From an uncultured Clostridia bacterium (GTDB lineage: Bacteria; Bacillota; Clostridia; Christensenellales; CAG-917), in NCBI GenBank assembly GCA_944358385.1, contig CALVQW010000010.1, positions 3,347 to 67,346 on the forward strand: a stretch of DNA of 64,000 nucleotides, written 5' to 3'. A model generated the notes under the pieces. The model had not been told where the DNA came from, did no database searches, and was given only the letters and a program-made list of their open reading frames with translations. The position numbers and the translations under genes were made by a program. Positions 44,776-55,643 of this stretch are shown in pieces (the stretch's first letter is position 1; every line of letters begins with the position of its first letter).

Positions 44776-45518
44776 CAAAGAGTCAATATCTCCGTTCCGT
44801 TCTCGGTGAGTGCCACCGTGTTTTCGTAGTGCGCCGAGGGCTTGCCGTCCTCCGTGACGCACGTCCATCCGTCGTCCAGGGTGCGCACTCTCCATGTCCC
44901 CATGTTCACCATAGGTTCTATGGCGAGCACCAACCCTCTTTGCAGCTTCACGCCGTGTCCCGCGACTCCGAAATTGGGGACGGCGGGATCCTCGTGCATC
45001 TTTCTGCCGATGCCGTGTCCCACCAGGTCGCGCACCACGCCGTAACCTCTGGACTCGTTGTACTCTTGGATCGCCTCGGAGATGTCTCCCAGCCTGCCGC
45101 CCTCTTTGAAGTGCTTGACGCCCTCAAAGAAGCTCTCGCGGGTGACATCGACCAGCCTGCGCTTTTCATCGGACACCTCGCCGACGAGGAAGGTCCTCGC
45201 CGCGTCGGACTGCCAGCCGTTGAGGATGACGCCCGCGTCGATGCCGATGATCATGCCCTCCTCCAACCTTCTGTGTCCGGGGATGCCGTGCACCACCACC
45301 TCGTCCACCGAGGTGCAGATGGAGGCGGGAAAACCGCCGTATCCGAGGAAGGAGGGAGTGCCGCCGTGACGCTTGATGTAGTCGTAGGCGAACTCGTCCA
45401 GTTTTTTGGTGCTTATGCCGGGGCGGACTTTCTCTTCGAGATACAGCAACAGATCTCTCAGCACCTGCCCCGACTTTCTCATCATTCCGATCTCGGCGGA
45501 ACTTTTGAGACTAATCAT
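44775..45518 (-). CDS. map: Type I methionine aminopeptidase
   Basis: ...VVHGIPG...IIGIDAGV...GHGIGRKMHEDP...LAIEPMV... Confidence 0.95.
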   Translation of the reverse strand: MISLKSSAEIGMMRKSGQVLRDLLLYLEEKVRPGISTKKLDEFAYDYIKRHGGTPSFLGYGGFPASICTSVDEVVVHGIPGHRRLEEGMIIGIDAGVILNGWQSDAARTFLVGEVSDEKRRLVDVTRESFFEGVKHFKEGGRLGDISEAIQEYNESRGYGVVRDLVGHGIGRKMHEDPAVPNFGVAGHGVKLQRGLVLAIEPMVNMGTWRVRTLDDGWTCVTEDGKPSAHYENTVALTENGTEILTL

Positions 45519-46134
45519 TCAGCACCTTCTTTATCTTTTCAAAGTCCTGCTCTATCGTGCCCGTGGCGTCCACGTTCACGAGAATGCCCTTCTTCTCATA
45601 GTAACCGATGAGGGGCGCGGTCTGTTTCTCGTAAGTTTCCAGCCTCGCTCTCACGGTCTCGGGCTTGTCGTCGTCGCGGAAGAAAAGTTCCTTCCCGCAC
45701 TTGGCGCAAGTGGTGCTGCCGTTCAGCTTGGAGGTGTGATAGGTCGCGCCGCACACGCACACGCGCCTTCCGGAGAGCCTCTCCACTATGACGTCAAATC
45801 CGACCACGATGTTGATGGCGACGTCTATCTTCGCCACCTTGTCGAGAGCCTCCGCCTGGGCGATGGTGCGGGGGAACCCGTCGAGAACGTAACCGTTCTG
45901 CGCGTCCGCCTCTTTCAGCCTGTCCGCCACGATGCCGATGACGACGTCGTCGGGGACGAGCGCGCCCGCATCGATGTAGGACTTGGCGAGCTTGCCAAGC
46001 TCGGTGCCCTCTTTGATGTTTCTTCTGAGTATATCGCCCGTGGAGATCTGGGGGATGCCGTACTCCTCGGCGATCAGCGCGGATTGAGTGCCTTTGCCCG
46101 CACCCGGCGCGCCGAGCATAATGATGTTCTTCAT
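45511..46134 (-). CDS. adk: Adenylate kinase
   Basis: MKNIIMLGAPGAGKGTQS... with a zinc-lid CVCG...CAKCG. ATG at 46134 follows GAGG; the track starts at a GTG at 46140. Confidence 0.95.
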   Translation of the reverse strand: MKNIIMLGAPGAGKGTQSALIAEEYGIPQISTGDILRRNIKEGTELGKLAKSYIDAGALVPDDVVIGIVADRLKEADAQNGYVLDGFPRTIAQAEALDKVAKIDVAINIVVGFDVIVERLSGRRVCVCGATYHTSKLNGSTTCAKCGKELFFRDDDKPETVRARLETYEKQTAPLIGYYEKKGILVNVDATGTIEQDFEKIKKVLND

Positions 46135-46141
46135 GCTCACC

Positions 46142-47443
46142 TCATTTCAGGAAACCCTTGTAGTGCTTCATCATGATCTGGGACTCGAGCTGCTTGTTGA
46201 GTTCCAGCGCGACGGAAACGACGATGAGCAGTCCCGTTGCGGAGAACGCGTTGCTGAATCCGAGTGCGCCGCCCGCGGAGAGTGCCTGGAAGATGAAGGT
46301 AGGCACCAGGGCGATGACCATGAGGAAGAACGCTCCGAAGAGGGTGATCCTGTTGCTTATCTTTTTGAGGAAGTCGCTGGTGGGTTTGCCCGCGCGGATG
46401 CCGGGGATGAACCCGCCGTACTGCTGGATGTTCTTGCTCACGTCCTCGGGGTTGAACTGTATCTGCGCGTAGAAGTACGAGAAGAACAGTATGAACAGCG
46501 CGAGGAGGACGTAGTACACCGCAGTGCCCGAACCCATATAGCGCGAGTACCACACATAGGCGTCGCTCTGGGGGGCGAAGAGTGCCATGATCATCTGGGG
46601 GAACATCAGCAGCGAGGATGCGAAGATGATGGGCATGACGCCGCTGCCGTTCACTTTGATGGGGATGTAGGTGGTCTGACCGCCGTACATCTTGTTGCCC
46701 TTGATCTGTTTGGAATACTGCACCGTGACTCTGCGCTCGGAGAGGTCGATGAACACGATGAAGAAGAATATGGCGATGACGACGAGGATGAAGCCGATGA
46801 TGTACCAGATGTACACCCATTCGTCACCCACGGCGGTGAATGCCTGTCCCATCATCGCGCCCGCCTGCGAAAGTATGCCGACGAAGATGATGAGGGAGGT
46901 GCCGTTGCCCACGCCGTATTCCGTGATGCGTTCGCCCAGCCACATGACCATGGTGCTGCCCGCCATGAGTATGACGATGATGCTTGCCATGGTGAGATAG
47001 GGGGCGTCCCAGCCGGCTTCGAACTCGAAGATGGGGTTGACCGCATCTCTCCAGCCGACCACGATACCGATGCCCTGCACCGCCGCAAGCACGAGTGCCA
47101 TATAGCGGGTGATCTGCGTGATCTTGCGTCTGCCGGCTTCGCCTTCCTTGGAGAGCTTCTCAAGCTTGGGGATGACAAGCGTGAGGAGCTGCATGATGAT
47201 AAACGCGTTGATAAAGGGGAGGATGCCCAGCGAGAAGAGCGTCGCATTGGAGAGCGAGCCGCCCGACATAGAGGTGAGGATGTTGAGGAACCCGTCCTCG
47301 AACAGCTTTCCTATCTCCGCCGCATTCAGCCCCGGGACGGGGATGTAGCATCCTATTCTATACACCAGAAGGAGAGCCAGCGTCAAGAATATCTTGATGC
47401 GGATCTCCCTGGATTTGAACGCGTTTTTCAGTGTTTCCAACAT
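46142..47443 (-). CDS. secY: Preprotein translocase subunit SecY
   Basis: 433 aa, 10 TM. ...LRIKIFLTLALLLVYRIGCYIPVPG... Confidence 0.96.
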   Translation of the reverse strand: MLETLKNAFKSREIRIKIFLTLALLLVYRIGCYIPVPGLNAAEIGKLFEDGFLNILTSMSGGSLSNATLFSLGILPFINAFIIMQLLTLVIPKLEKLSKEGEAGRRKITQITRYMALVLAAVQGIGIVVGWRDAVNPIFEFEAGWDAPYLTMASIIVILMAGSTMVMWLGERITEYGVGNGTSLIIFVGILSQAGAMMGQAFTAVGDEWVYIWYIIGFILVVIAIFFFIVFIDLSERRVTVQYSKQIKGNKMYGGQTTYIPIKVNGSGVMPIIFASSLLMFPQMIMALFAPQSDAYVWYSRYMGSGTAVYYVLLALFILFFSYFYAQIQFNPEDVSKNIQQYGGFIPGIRAGKPTSDFLKKISNRITLFGAFFLMVIALVPTFIFQALSAGGALGFSNAFSATGLLIVVSVALELNKQLESQIMMKHYKGFLK

Positions 47444-47444
47444 A

Positions 47445-47894
47445 TTATTCCACTACCTCTGCTTTGCCGCCTGCCTTTTCGATCTTCTCAATGGCGGAGC
47501 CGGTGAACTTCTGCGCCTGAACGGTGACTTTCTTCTCCAGAGTGCCATCGCCCAGCACTTTAAGACCGTACGGTTCGACGACCTTGATGATGCCGGCTGC
47601 AACGAGTTGGTCTACGCCCACCACCGCGCCGTCCTCGAAGCGGTTGAACACCTCGACGTTGACGATGTTGTAGACGTGTGCGAATCTCTTGTTGTTGAAC
47701 CCTTTCTTGGGGATCCTGCGCGTCAGGGGCATCTGTCCGCCCTCGAAGTTGGGGCGCACTCCGCCGCCGCTTCTCGCCCACTGTCCCTTGTGACCGCGGG
47801 TGGAAGTCTTGCCGGTGCCGCTGCCGATGCCGCGTCCCACGCGTTTGGAGGCTGTCTTTGCGCCTTCCGCGCCTTTCAGATCATGAATGTTCAT
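47445..47894 (-). CDS. rplO: 50S ribosomal protein L15
   Basis: MNIHDLKGAEGAKTASKRVGRGIGSGTGKTSTRGHKGQ... Confidence 0.96.
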   Translation of the reverse strand: MNIHDLKGAEGAKTASKRVGRGIGSGTGKTSTRGHKGQWARSGGGVRPNFEGGQMPLTRRIPKKGFNNKRFAHVYNIVNVEVFNRFEDGAVVGVDQLVAAGIIKVVEPYGLKVLGDGTLEKKVTVQAQKFTGSAIEKIEKAGGKAEVVE

Positions 47895-47905
47895 ATTGTC
47901 CTCCG

Positions 47906-48115
47906 TCAGATTTCCTCGACCTTGACCAGGTGGGAAACTTTCTTTATCATCCCTCTCACCACCGCGTCGTCGCGGAAGGTGTTGGAGCTGCCCACTTTGT
48001 GCAGTCCCAGAGCCTCGACGTTCGCCTTCTGGTTTTTCAGGCAGGCGATGGTGCTCTTGACGAGGGTGACCTTGATCATCTTGGTTTCTTCGGTTTTCTT
48101 TTTAGCCGCTGCCAT
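47906..48115 (-). CDS. rpmD: 50S ribosomal protein L30
   Basis: ...MIKVTLVKSTIACLKNQKANVEALGLHKVGS... Start at 48115 has GGAGGG upstream; an alternative ATG gives a 57-aa product. Confidence 0.9.
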   Translation of the reverse strand: MAAAKKKTEETKMIKVTLVKSTIACLKNQKANVEALGLHKVGSSNTFRDDAVVRGMIKKVSHLVKVEEI

Positions 48116-48125
48116 AGTACCCTCC

Positions 48126-48641
48126 TTAGCCCTCGACGTCCACGCCGCGGAGCTGAGCGATCTGCTCTGCATTCCTCAGCGAGCACAGACCTTCGAGAGT
48201 GGCTTTCGCGCAGTTGATGGGGTTGTTGGAGCCGATGGACTTAGTCCTGATGTCCTTGATGCCGGACACTTCCAGGACCGCACGCACGGGACCGCCCGCG
48301 ATGACGCCGGTACCGGGTTCGGCAGGAAGCAAAACGACTTGACCGCGCCCGAACTTGCCGATGGCGTGATGGGGGATGGTCGTGCCTTTGATGGCGATGT
48401 CGTGCATGCTGCGCTTGGCGATCTGAGTCGCCTTCTCGATGGCTTCCGGCACCTCTGCCGCCTTACCCATGCCGAGACCGACTTTGCCATTCTCGTCACC
48501 GACGACCACCAGCGCGCTGAAACGCATGTTTCTGCCGCCCTTGACGACCTTGGTGACGCGGTTGACGGCAATGAGCTTCTTGGTGAGACCGTCGTTCTCT
48601 TCTCTGTTTCTGTCGTTCCTTCTGTTGTCGCGTTCTGCCAT
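48126..48641 (-). CDS. rpsE: 30S ribosomal protein S5
   Basis: ...[27 protein letters not shown]... Confidence 0.96.
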   Translation of the reverse strand: MAERDNRRNDRNREENDGLTKKLIAVNRVTKVVKGGRNMRFSALVVVGDENGKVGLGMGKAAEVPEAIEKATQIAKRSMHDIAIKGTTIPHHAIGKFGRGQVVLLPAEPGTGVIAGGPVRAVLEVSGIKDIRTKSIGSNNPINCAKATLEGLCSLRNAEQIAQLRGVDVEG

Positions 48642-48649
48642 AATTCCTC

Positions 48650-49018
48650 CTAGAACTCCAAGCCGGCTTCTCTTGCGCCCGCGGCGAGAGCCGCGACTCT
48701 GCCCGTGTAGACGTAGCCGCCTCTGTCAAAGACCACGGCTTTGATGCCGAGCGCGAGTGCCTTTTCGGCGACTGCCGCACCCACTGCCTTCGCAGCTTCG
48801 GTCTTGGTCATGTCCGCGACCTTCGCAGCCACCGCTTTCTCAAGGGTGGACGCCGAGCAAAGGGTGACTCCCTTCACGTCGTCGATGATCTGCGCATAGA
48901 TGTGATTGGTGCTCCTGTAGACATTGAGACGGGGACGCTCCGCGGTGCCGGAGACTTTCTTTCTCACTCTGGCGTGACGGACGAGTCTGTCCGCGTTCTT
49001 ATCTTTCTTGTTTATCAT
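48650..49018 (-). CDS. rplR: 50S ribosomal protein L18
   Basis: ...[33 protein letters not shown]... Confidence 0.96.
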   Translation of the reverse strand: MINKKDKNADRLVRHARVRKKVSGTAERPRLNVYRSTNHIYAQIIDDVKGVTLCSASTLEKAVAAKVADMTKTEAAKAVGAAVAEKALALGIKAVVFDRGGYVYTGRVAALAAGAREAGLEF

Positions 49019-49028
49019 AGTTCACCTC

Positions 49029-49568
49029 TTATTTACCGGCGGTCTTGCCTTCCTTGCGGATGACGACCTCGTCCTTGTAGTGGATGCCGTAGCCGTGATA
49101 GGGTTCGACGGGCTTGAGTGCCTTAATGGACGCCGCTGCCTGACCGACCTTCTGACGGTCGATGCCCTTGACCACGATCTCCAAAGGACCTGCCATTGCG
49201 AACGTGATGCCCTCGGGCGCGTCGAACTCGATCGCGTGGGAGAAACCGATGTTGAGGGTGAGCTTGTTCGCGGTGGCGGTGACTTTATAACCGACGCCGG
49301 CGACCACGAGGTTCTTCTCAAAGCCTTTCGTCACGCCCGTCACCATGTTGTGGATGAGCGCGCGGTAAAGCCCGTGAAGAGCGCGGTGATCCTTGTCGTC
49401 GCTGTGACGTTTGACGAGGATGTGACCGTCTTCCAGCACCACGTCGATGGAGGGATCCACCTTCTGAGTGAGGGTGCCGAGAGGTCCTTTGACGGTGACG
49501 AGGTTGTCCGTGTTGTCGAAGGTGACGCCTGCGGGCAACGCAATGGGTGCTCTACCTATACGAGACAT
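49029..49568 (-). CDS. rplF: 50S ribosomal protein L6
   Basis: MSRIGRAPIALPAGVTFDNTDNLVTVKGPLG... Confidence 0.96.
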   Translation of the reverse strand: MSRIGRAPIALPAGVTFDNTDNLVTVKGPLGTLTQKVDPSIDVVLEDGHILVKRHSDDKDHRALHGLYRALIHNMVTGVTKGFEKNLVVAGVGYKVTATANKLTLNIGFSHAIEFDAPEGITFAMAGPLEIVVKGIDRQKVGQAAASIKALKPVEPYHGYGIHYKDEVVIRKEGKTAGK

Positions 49569-49579
49569 ACCTTACCTCC

Positions 49580-49975
49580 TTACCACACATAGGCGAGAAC
49601 TTCGCCGCCGACGTGCTGAGCCTTCGCTTCCTTGTCGGTGAGGATGCCCTTGGAGGTGGAGAGGATGGCAATGCCCATCCCGTTGAGCACCTTCGGGATA
49701 TCGTCGACGCCGGCATAGACGCGCAGACCGGGTTTGGACACTCTCTTCAAAGCGGTGACGACCTTCTGCCCTTTGACGGGAGAATATTTGAGCGTGATGA
49801 CGATGTCATTCTGCACGCCGTTCTCCGCGATCTCGTAGCTCTTGACGTAACCTTCTCTCACGAGAATGTCGGCGATTGCGACCTTGACCTTGCTCGCGGG
49901 CACCGTGACGGTGTCATGCTTTGCGGTCAGGGCATTTCTGATTCTGGTCAACATATCTGCAATGGGATCTGTCAT
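49580..49975 (-). CDS. rpsH: 30S ribosomal protein S8
   Basis: [29 protein letters not shown]... Confidence 0.96.
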   Translation of the reverse strand: MTDPIADMLTRIRNALTAKHDTVTVPASKVKVAIADILVREGYVKSYEIAENGVQNDIVITLKYSPVKGQKVVTALKRVSKPGLRVYAGVDDIPKVLNGMGIAILSTSKGILTDKEAKAQHVGGEVLAYVW

Positions 49976-49988
49976 TTTGTCTGCCTCC

Positions 49989-50174
49989 TTACCAGCTCGC
50001 CTTTCTGACTCCGGGGATCTGGCCCTTGTAGGCGAGATTGCGGAAACATACTCTGCATATGCCGTACTTTCTCAACACGGAATGGGGACGTCCGCAGATG
50101 CGGCAGCGAGTGTACTCGCGCGTCGAGAATTTCTGGGGTCTTTGCTGCTTGATTTTCATTGAAGTCTTTGCCAT
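49989..50174 (-). CDS. rpsZ: 30S ribosomal protein S14, zinc-binding type Z (61 aa)
   Basis: [45 protein letters not shown]... Confidence 0.95.
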   Translation of the reverse strand: MAKTSMKIKQQRPQKFSTREYTRCRICGRPHSVLRKYGICRVCFRNLAYKGQIPGVRKASW

Positions 50175-50186
50175 TGTGAACACTCC

Positions 50187-50783
50187 TTACTTCGCAAAAG
50201 GCATGCCCAGCAGCCTCAAAAGCTCGCGGGCTTCTTCGTCGGTCTTGGCGGTGGTGACGATGCAGATGTCGAAACCGCGCACCTTCTCGATCTGATCGTA
50301 AGAGATCTCGGGGAAGATGAGCTGTTCCTTGACACCGAGGGCGTAATTGCCTCTGCCGTCAAAAGACTTCGCGGACACGCCGCGGAAGTCACGCACGCGA
50401 GGCAGCGCGATGGAGATGAATTTGTCGAGGAAGTCGTACATCCTCTCTCCGCGCAGCGTGACCTTCGCGCCGACGTTCATGCCTTCTCTCACCTTGAAGT
50501 TCGCAACGCTCTTCTTCGCGGTGGTGATGACGGGTTTCTGCCCCGCGATCTGCTTGAGTTCCTCAACGGCAATCTGCAGGGATTTGCTGTTGTCCTTGCA
50601 ATCACCGAGGCCCATATTGAGCACGATCTTCTCCAGACGGGGAACTTCGTTGATGTTCTTGTAACCGAAATGCTTTACAAGAGCGGGGACGACCTCGTCG
50701 CGGTAGAACGCTCTCATTCTGTATCTTTCGGCATTTTGATCGGTTGCAGCTGCTTTAGCAACCTGATTTTTCTTTTCTGCCAC
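50187..50783 (-). CDS. rplE: 50S ribosomal protein L5, with an N-terminal extension of about 18 aa if the GTG at 50783 is used
   Basis: ...[35 protein letters not shown]... GTG start with GGAGG 6 nt upstream; an internal ATG is the alternative. Confidence 0.93.
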   Translation of the reverse strand: MAEKKNQVAKAAATDQNAERYRMRAFYRDEVVPALVKHFGYKNINEVPRLEKIVLNMGLGDCKDNSKSLQIAVEELKQIAGQKPVITTAKKSVANFKVREGMNVGAKVTLRGERMYDFLDKFISIALPRVRDFRGVSAKSFDGRGNYALGVKEQLIFPEISYDQIEKVRGFDICIVTTAKTDEEARELLRLLGMPFAK

Positions 50784-50801
50784 GATAAACCTCCGTGATT
50801 G

Positions 50802-51206
50802 TTAGTCTTCTTTCTTCGCCTTGGCGGTCTTTTTCTTGGCTGCCTTCTTGGCGGCTTTCTTGGCGGACGACTTCTTCTCGTCGAGAGATGCACCGCACTT
50901 GGCGCACACGCGCACGGACTTCATCTTGCCGTCCCGCTCTTCCTTGGTGTGACGCACGCGCACCACGCCGCCGCACTCACCGCAAATGTGCATGACGTTG
51001 CTGGCGTCGATGGCACCTTCCTGTTTGAGGATGCCGCCCTTGTCCTGCGCGTTGCGGGGTTTCTTGCTCTTGGAGACGATGTTGACGCCTTCCACATAGA
51101 TGCGTCCGGTCTCCGGTCTGACTGCGAGCACCTTGCCCGCCTTGCCCTTGTCCTTGCCGGCGATGACCATCACGTTATCGCCCTTTCTGACGTTCATTTC
51201 AGCCAT
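50802..51206 (-). CDS. rplX: 50S ribosomal protein L24, a variant with a CxxC...CxxC motif and a Lys/Ala-rich tail
   Basis: MAEMNVRKGDNVMVIAGKDKGKAGKVLAV... (KOW), then HICGECGG..22..CAKCG and KKSSAKKAAKKAAKKKTAKAKKED. GAGGAGG lies 6 nt upstream of the ATG at 51206. Confidence 0.93.
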   Translation of the reverse strand: MAEMNVRKGDNVMVIAGKDKGKAGKVLAVRPETGRIYVEGVNIVSKSKKPRNAQDKGGILKQEGAIDASNVMHICGECGGVVRVRHTKEERDGKMKSVRVCAKCGASLDEKKSSAKKAAKKAAKKKTAKAKKED

Positions 51207-51217
51207 ATTCCGCCTCC

Positions 51218-51586
51218 TCACAGCACTTCGGGCGCGAGGGAGATTATCTTCATATAATCCTTATCGCGCAGCTCGCGTGCTATTGGCCCGAAGATACGGG
51301 TGCCCTGGGGTTGTTTCTGGTTGTCGATGATGACGGCGGCGTTGTCGTCGAACTTGATGTAGCTGCCGTCCGCGCGCTGGATGCCCATGTGGGTGCGCAC
51401 GATGACCGCCTTGACGACGTCACCCTTCTTCACTTTGCCGCCGGGGATAGCGGACTTGACGGACGCCACGATGACGTCACCGATGTTGCCGCTCCTGCGG
51501 AAAGAACCGCCGAGGACTCTGATGCACATGATCTCTTTCGCGCCGCTGTTGTCGGCAACTTTGAGCCTGGTTTGTGGTTGTATCAT
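51218..51586 (-). CDS. rplN: 50S ribosomal protein L14
   Basis: [28 protein letters not shown]... Confidence 0.97.
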   Translation of the reverse strand: MIQPQTRLKVADNSGAKEIMCIRVLGGSFRRSGNIGDVIVASVKSAIPGGKVKKGDVVKAVIVRTHMGIQRADGSYIKFDDNAAVIIDNQKQPQGTRIFGPIARELRDKDYMKIISLAPEVL

Positions 51587-51596
51587 GCTGCCCTCC

Positions 51597-51851
51597 TTAT
51601 TTCGCCTTCTCGATGATCTCTACGAGACGCCAGCACTTCTCTTTGGAGAGAGGACGAGTCTCCGCCACACGGACCTTGTCGCCCACTCTGCACTCGTTGT
51701 TCTCGTCATGCGCTTTGAGCTTCTTGGTGCGGCTGACGATCTTTTTGTAGAGAGGATGTTTGACGCGCTCGTTGATGGCGACGACGATGGTCTTGTCCAT
51801 CTTGTCGCTGACGACGATGCCAACTCTTTCTTTTCTCAGATTTCTTTCCAT
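51597..51851 (-). CDS. rpsQ: 30S ribosomal protein S17
   Basis: ...[32 protein letters not shown]... Confidence 0.96.
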   Translation of the reverse strand: MERNLRKERVGIVVSDKMDKTIVVAINERVKHPLYKKIVSRTKKLKAHDENNECRVGDKVRVAETRPLSKEKCWRLVEIIEKAK

Positions 51852-51866
51852 ACTGTCCTCCGTTTA

Positions 51867-52088
51867 TCAGCCCTTGTTGTCCTCGTTTTCCTTGGCGCGG
51901 GCGATCTCTCTCTGACGGATGACGGTCTTGACGCGAGCGATGTCACGTCTGGTCTCCACCAGCACCATGGGGTTGGTAAGCTGATTGGTGGCGTGCTTGA
52001 AGCGGAGGAAAAACAGCTCCGACTTCAACTCGTTGAGCTTGTTCTGCAGCTCTTTATCTGTCATTTCCAAAACTTGCTTAGATTTCAT
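51867..52088 (-). CDS. rpmC: 50S ribosomal protein L29
   Basis: ...[33 protein letters not shown]... Confidence 0.95.
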   Translation of the reverse strand: MKSKQVLEMTDKELQNKLNELKSELFFLRFKHATNQLTNPMVLVETRRDIARVKTVIRQREIARAKENEDNKG

Positions 52089-52519
52089 TCTTCACCGCCT
52101 TCGGCTTCCTGATCCGCCTTGGAGACGCACTTGCACTTGATGGGGAGCTTGTGCATTGCAAGACGCAGAGCCTCTTTTGCTATGGCTTCGTCCACACCCG
52201 CGATCTCGAACATCACGCGGCCCGGCTTGACCACTGCCACCCAATATTCGGGAGAACCTTTACCGCTACCCATACGAGTCTCGGCAGGCTTCTTGGTGAC
52301 GGGCTTGTGGGGGAAGATGTCCACCCACACCTTGCCGCCTCTGCGGATATATCTGGTCATGGCGACACGCGCTGCCTCGATCTGGTTGGAGGTGATCCAG
52401 CCCGGCTCGAGGGCGACGAGACCGTACTCGCCGTATGCGATGGTGTTGCCCTTGTTGGCTTTGCCCTTCATTCTGCCGCGGAATTGGCGGCGTCTCTTGA
52501 CACGTTTAGGCATCAACAT
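52085..52519 (-). CDS. rplP: 50S ribosomal protein L16
   Basis: [25 protein letters not shown]... ATG at 52519 lies 9 nt after GGAGG. Confidence 0.96.
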   Translation of the reverse strand: MLMPKRVKRRRQFRGRMKGKANKGNTIAYGEYGLVALEPGWITSNQIEAARVAMTRYIRRGGKVWVDIFPHKPVTKKPAETRMGSGKGSPEYWVAVVKPGRVMFEIAGVDEAIAKEALRLAMHKLPIKCKCVSKADQEAEGGEE

Positions 52520-52521
52520 AA

Positions 52522-53181
52522 TCAATTACCTCCTTCCACGGGGTTCTTGCCCAGCACTTCGCCTTTGTAGATCCAGCATTTCACGCCGATCGCGCCGAAA
52601 GTGGTGTTCGCCCTCGCCACGCCGTAGTCGATGTCGGCACGGAGAGTCTGGAGGGGGATGGAACCTTCGTGATAGCTCTCGCTCCTTGCGATCTCTGCAC
52701 CGTCAAGTCTGCCGGAGACCTTGACCTTGACGCCCTTCGCGCCCGCTTTCATCGCCCTCGCCATAGCCTGCTTCATGCTGCGGCGGAAGGACGCTCTGTT
52801 CTCGAGCTGTTTTGCGATGGACTCCGCGACAAGCTGTGCATCCGCGTCGAAGTGCTTGACTTCCATGACGTTGATGCTCACCTTCTTGTCCGCGCGGATG
52901 AGTGCCTGCACTTCCTTGGTGATGGCTTCCACGCCCGCACCCGCCTTGCCGATGAGCATCGCGGGACGCGCGGTGTAGATGCTGACGGTGATCTTGTCCG
53001 CCGCTCTCTCGATGGTGATCTTGGAGATGGCGTTGTCGTAATATTTGTTCTTTATGAACTTACGGATCTTGTCATCTTCGACGAGGCAGTCCGCAAAATT
53101 CTTCTTGTCGGCATACCACTTGGCTTCCCAGGGTTTGATGACACCGATTCTCAGTCCGTTCGGATCGACTTTCTGTCCCAT
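52522..53181 (-). CDS. rpsC: 30S ribosomal protein S3
   Basis: [27 protein letters not shown]... Confidence 0.97.
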   Translation of the reverse strand: MGQKVDPNGLRIGVIKPWEAKWYADKKNFADCLVEDDKIRKFIKNKYYDNAISKITIERAADKITVSIYTARPAMLIGKAGAGVEAITKEVQALIRADKKVSINVMEVKHFDADAQLVAESIAKQLENRASFRRSMKQAMARAMKAGAKGVKVKVSGRLDGAEIARSESYHEGSIPLQTLRADIDYGVARANTTFGAIGVKCWIYKGEVLGKNPVEGGN

Positions 53182-53194
53182 TGTGTATACCTCC

Positions 53195-53584
53195 TTATGC
53201 GTTCACGCTGTCGAGAATGACCGTGATGTGGCTGGTGCGCTTGTTGATGCGGAACGCCCTGCCCCGTGCCCTCGGCATGATGCGTTTGAGGGTGGGACCT
53301 TCATTCGCATAGCACTCGGCGATGACGAGGTCGCCTCTGGAAAGGTTCATATTGTTCTCCGCGTTTGCGACCGCGCTGTTGACGAGCTTGAAAAGCACTT
53401 CGCTCGCCGCCTTGGGCGTGTTCTCGAGGATGGCAAGTGCCTCGACGACGGGTTTTCCTTTGATCACATCGAGGACGATGCGGACCTTGAAGGGGGAGAT
53501 CCTGATAAACTTTGCGGTCGCTCTGGGCCTGTTGTCCGCTTTCGCCTGACGTTCGAGAGCTTTCTGTTTACTTCTGGTAGCCAT
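53195..53584 (-). CDS. rplV: 50S ribosomal protein L22
   Basis: ...[25 protein letters not shown]... Confidence 0.96.
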   Translation of the reverse strand: MATRSKQKALERQAKADNRPRATAKFIRISPFKVRIVLDVIKGKPVVEALAILENTPKAASEVLFKLVNSAVANAENNMNLSRGDLVIAECYANEGPTLKRIMPRARGRAFRINKRTSHITVILDSVNA

Positions 53585-53593
53585 GATTCCTCC

Positions 53594-53872
53594 TTACTTC
53601 TTACCCGTGGTCTTGTCACCCGCGTGACCTCTGAAAGTGCGCGTGGGAGAGAACTCGCCGAGCTTGCATCCGACCATGTCCTCGGTGATGTAGACGGGCA
53701 CGTGCTGACGGCCGTTGTGCACGGCGATCGTGTGACCGACCATCTCGGGGAAGATCGTGGAAGAGCGGGACCAGGTCTTGACGGGACGGATGTCGCCGCT
53801 CTCGTTCATTGCAACTATTCTTTTCATAAGCCTTTCTTCAACGAAAGGTCCTTTCTTGACGCTTCTGCTCAT
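53594..53872 (-). CDS. rpsS: 30S ribosomal protein S19
   Basis: [19 protein letters not shown]...[23 protein letters not shown]... Confidence 0.97.
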   Translation of the reverse strand: MSRSVKKGPFVEERLMKRIVAMNESGDIRPVKTWSRSSTIFPEMVGHTIAVHNGRQHVPVYITEDMVGCKLGEFSPTRTFRGHAGDKTTGKK

Positions 53873-53882
53873 TTCCTACTCC

Positions 53883-54710
53883 TTAGTTCACGCGCTTGAT
53901 GATGAACTTGCTGGAATTGTTCTTCTTCTTCCTGGTCTTGTAACCGAGAGTGGGCTTGCCCCAGGGAGTGACGGGAGAAGGCATACCGATGGGAGACTTG
54001 CCCTCGCCGCCGCCGTGGGGGTGATCGCAGGGGTTCATCACGACGCCGCGGACGGTGGGACGGATGCCCATGTGACGAGTCTTGCCCGCCTTGCCGACTC
54101 TGACGATCTCGTGATCCAGGTTGCCCACCTGACCGATGGTGGCTCTGCAACGTGCGAGGACGTATCTCATCTCACCGCTGGGCATACGCAGCGTGGCGTA
54201 TCTGCCCTCTTTCGCCATGAGCTGTGCGGAGTTGCCCGCCGCTCTTGCGATCTGACCGCCCTTGCCGGGCTGCAGCTCGATGTTGTGCACCATGGTGCCG
54301 ACGGGGATGGCGGAGAGAGGAAGGGCGTTGCCCACCTTGATGTCCGCGTCCTCGCCGCTGACGACGGTGTCACCCACGCTCAGACCGAGAGGCGCGAGAA
54401 TGTATCTCTTCTCGCCGTCCGCATAGTTCAGGAGCGCGATGTTGGCGGAACGATTGGGATCGTACTGCACGGACGCGACTTTGGCGGGGATGCCGTCCTT
54501 GTCACGCTTGAAGTCGATGATGCGATATTTGTTTCTGTTGCCGCCGCCGATGTGACGCACGGTGATCCTGCCCGTGGCGTTCCTGCCGCCCGTCTTGTTG
54601 AGAGAGACGAGCAGGGAGCGTTCCGGAGTGGAAGAGGTGATCTCTTCATAAGCGGACACCGTCATGAAACGACGTGCGGGAGATGTGGGTTTATACTTCT
54701 TAATAGCCAT
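53883..54710 (-). CDS. rplB: 50S ribosomal protein L2
   Basis: [19 protein letters not shown]...[13 protein letters not shown]... Confidence 0.97.
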   Translation of the reverse strand: MAIKKYKPTSPARRFMTVSAYEEITSSTPERSLLVSLNKTGGRNATGRITVRHIGGGNRNKYRIIDFKRDKDGIPAKVASVQYDPNRSANIALLNYADGEKRYILAPLGLSVGDTVVSGEDADIKVGNALPLSAIPVGTMVHNIELQPGKGGQIARAAGNSAQLMAKEGRYATLRMPSGEMRYVLARCRATIGQVGNLDHEIVRVGKAGKTRHMGIRPTVRGVVMNPCDHPHGGGEGKSPIGMPSPVTPWGKPTLGYKTRKKKNNSSKFIIKRVN

Positions 54711-54722
54711 AGTCCTTTCTCC

Positions 54723-55013
54723 TTATGCCAGGCTCTCGAAGAACTCGATCGCTTTGCTGTCGGCAGCCAGAGTGACCACCGCTTTCTTGAAGGAGGACCT
54801 TCTGCCCTCGTTGCGGCCCATTCTCTTGAGCTTGCCCTCGTAGTTGGAAGTGTTGACCTTTGCGACCTTCACGCCGAAAATCTCTTCCACCGCCGCCTTG
54901 ATCTGAGTCTTGTTGGCGGACTTTGCCACTTTGAAGGTGTACCTCTTTTCGGGGATACCGTCGTAGCTCTTTTCGGAAAGGACGGGCGAAATGATGATGT
55001 CGTACGCTGTCAT
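54723..55013 (-). CDS. rplW: 50S ribosomal protein L23
   Basis: ...[36 protein letters not shown]... Confidence 0.96.
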   Translation of the reverse strand: MTAYDIIISPVLSEKSYDGIPEKRYTFKVAKSANKTQIKAAVEEIFGVKVAKVNTSNYEGKLKRMGRNEGRRSSFKKAVVTLAADSKAIEFFESLA

Positions 55014-55630
55014 TGTGCTGCCTCCTCGATCTTCTTGATCGCGCCCTTGGTGAGGACGATGTTGCGAGTCGCCACGATGTCATACACGCTGAGCAGTCTC
55101 ACCTCTTCCAAAGAAACGGTGGGGATGTTCCTGCTTGCGCGCACCGCCGCCTCGTCATATTCCTCGACGACGAACAGCGTCTTGCCGCTGAGACCGAGCG
55201 CGTCCACGGCGTCCGCCACCAGCTTGGTCTTGGCTTCCGCCAGCGCGAACTTGTCCAGCACCACCACCTGCTCCTGACGGATCTTCTCGGAGAGCGCGGA
55301 ATAGAACGCGGCTTTCTTCATGTTCTTGTTTATCTTCTGGGAGAAGTCGCGGGGCTTCTTTGCGAACACCACGCCGCCGCCCGTGAATTGGGGGGAGACG
55401 ATGCTGCCCTGACGCGCACGACCGGTGCCCTTCTGACGGTAAGGCTTCGCGCCGCCGCCGCGGACTTCGCTCCTGGTGAGCGCGCTCATCGTGCCCTGAC
55501 GCTTGTTGGCGAGCTGAGCCACCACCACCTGATGGATGAGTGCCTCGTTGTACTCTGCTCCGAACACCGCGTCGCTGACTTCAATGGTTCCGGCGGCTTT
55601 GCCCGCCATGTTCTTAACTTTCAGTTTCAT
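55010..55630 (-). CDS. rplD: 50S ribosomal protein L4
   Basis: ...[33 protein letters not shown]... Confidence 0.96.
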   Translation of the reverse strand: MKLKVKNMAGKAAGTIEVSDAVFGAEYNEALIHQVVVAQLANKRQGTMSALTRSEVRGGGAKPYRQKGTGRARQGSIVSPQFTGGGVVFAKKPRDFSQKINKNMKKAAFYSALSEKIRQEQVVVLDKFALAEAKTKLVADAVDALGLSGKTLFVVEEYDEAAVRASRNIPTVSLEEVRLLSVYDIVATRNIVLTKGAIKKIEEAAQ

Positions 55631-55643
55631 CTTCTACCTCCGC

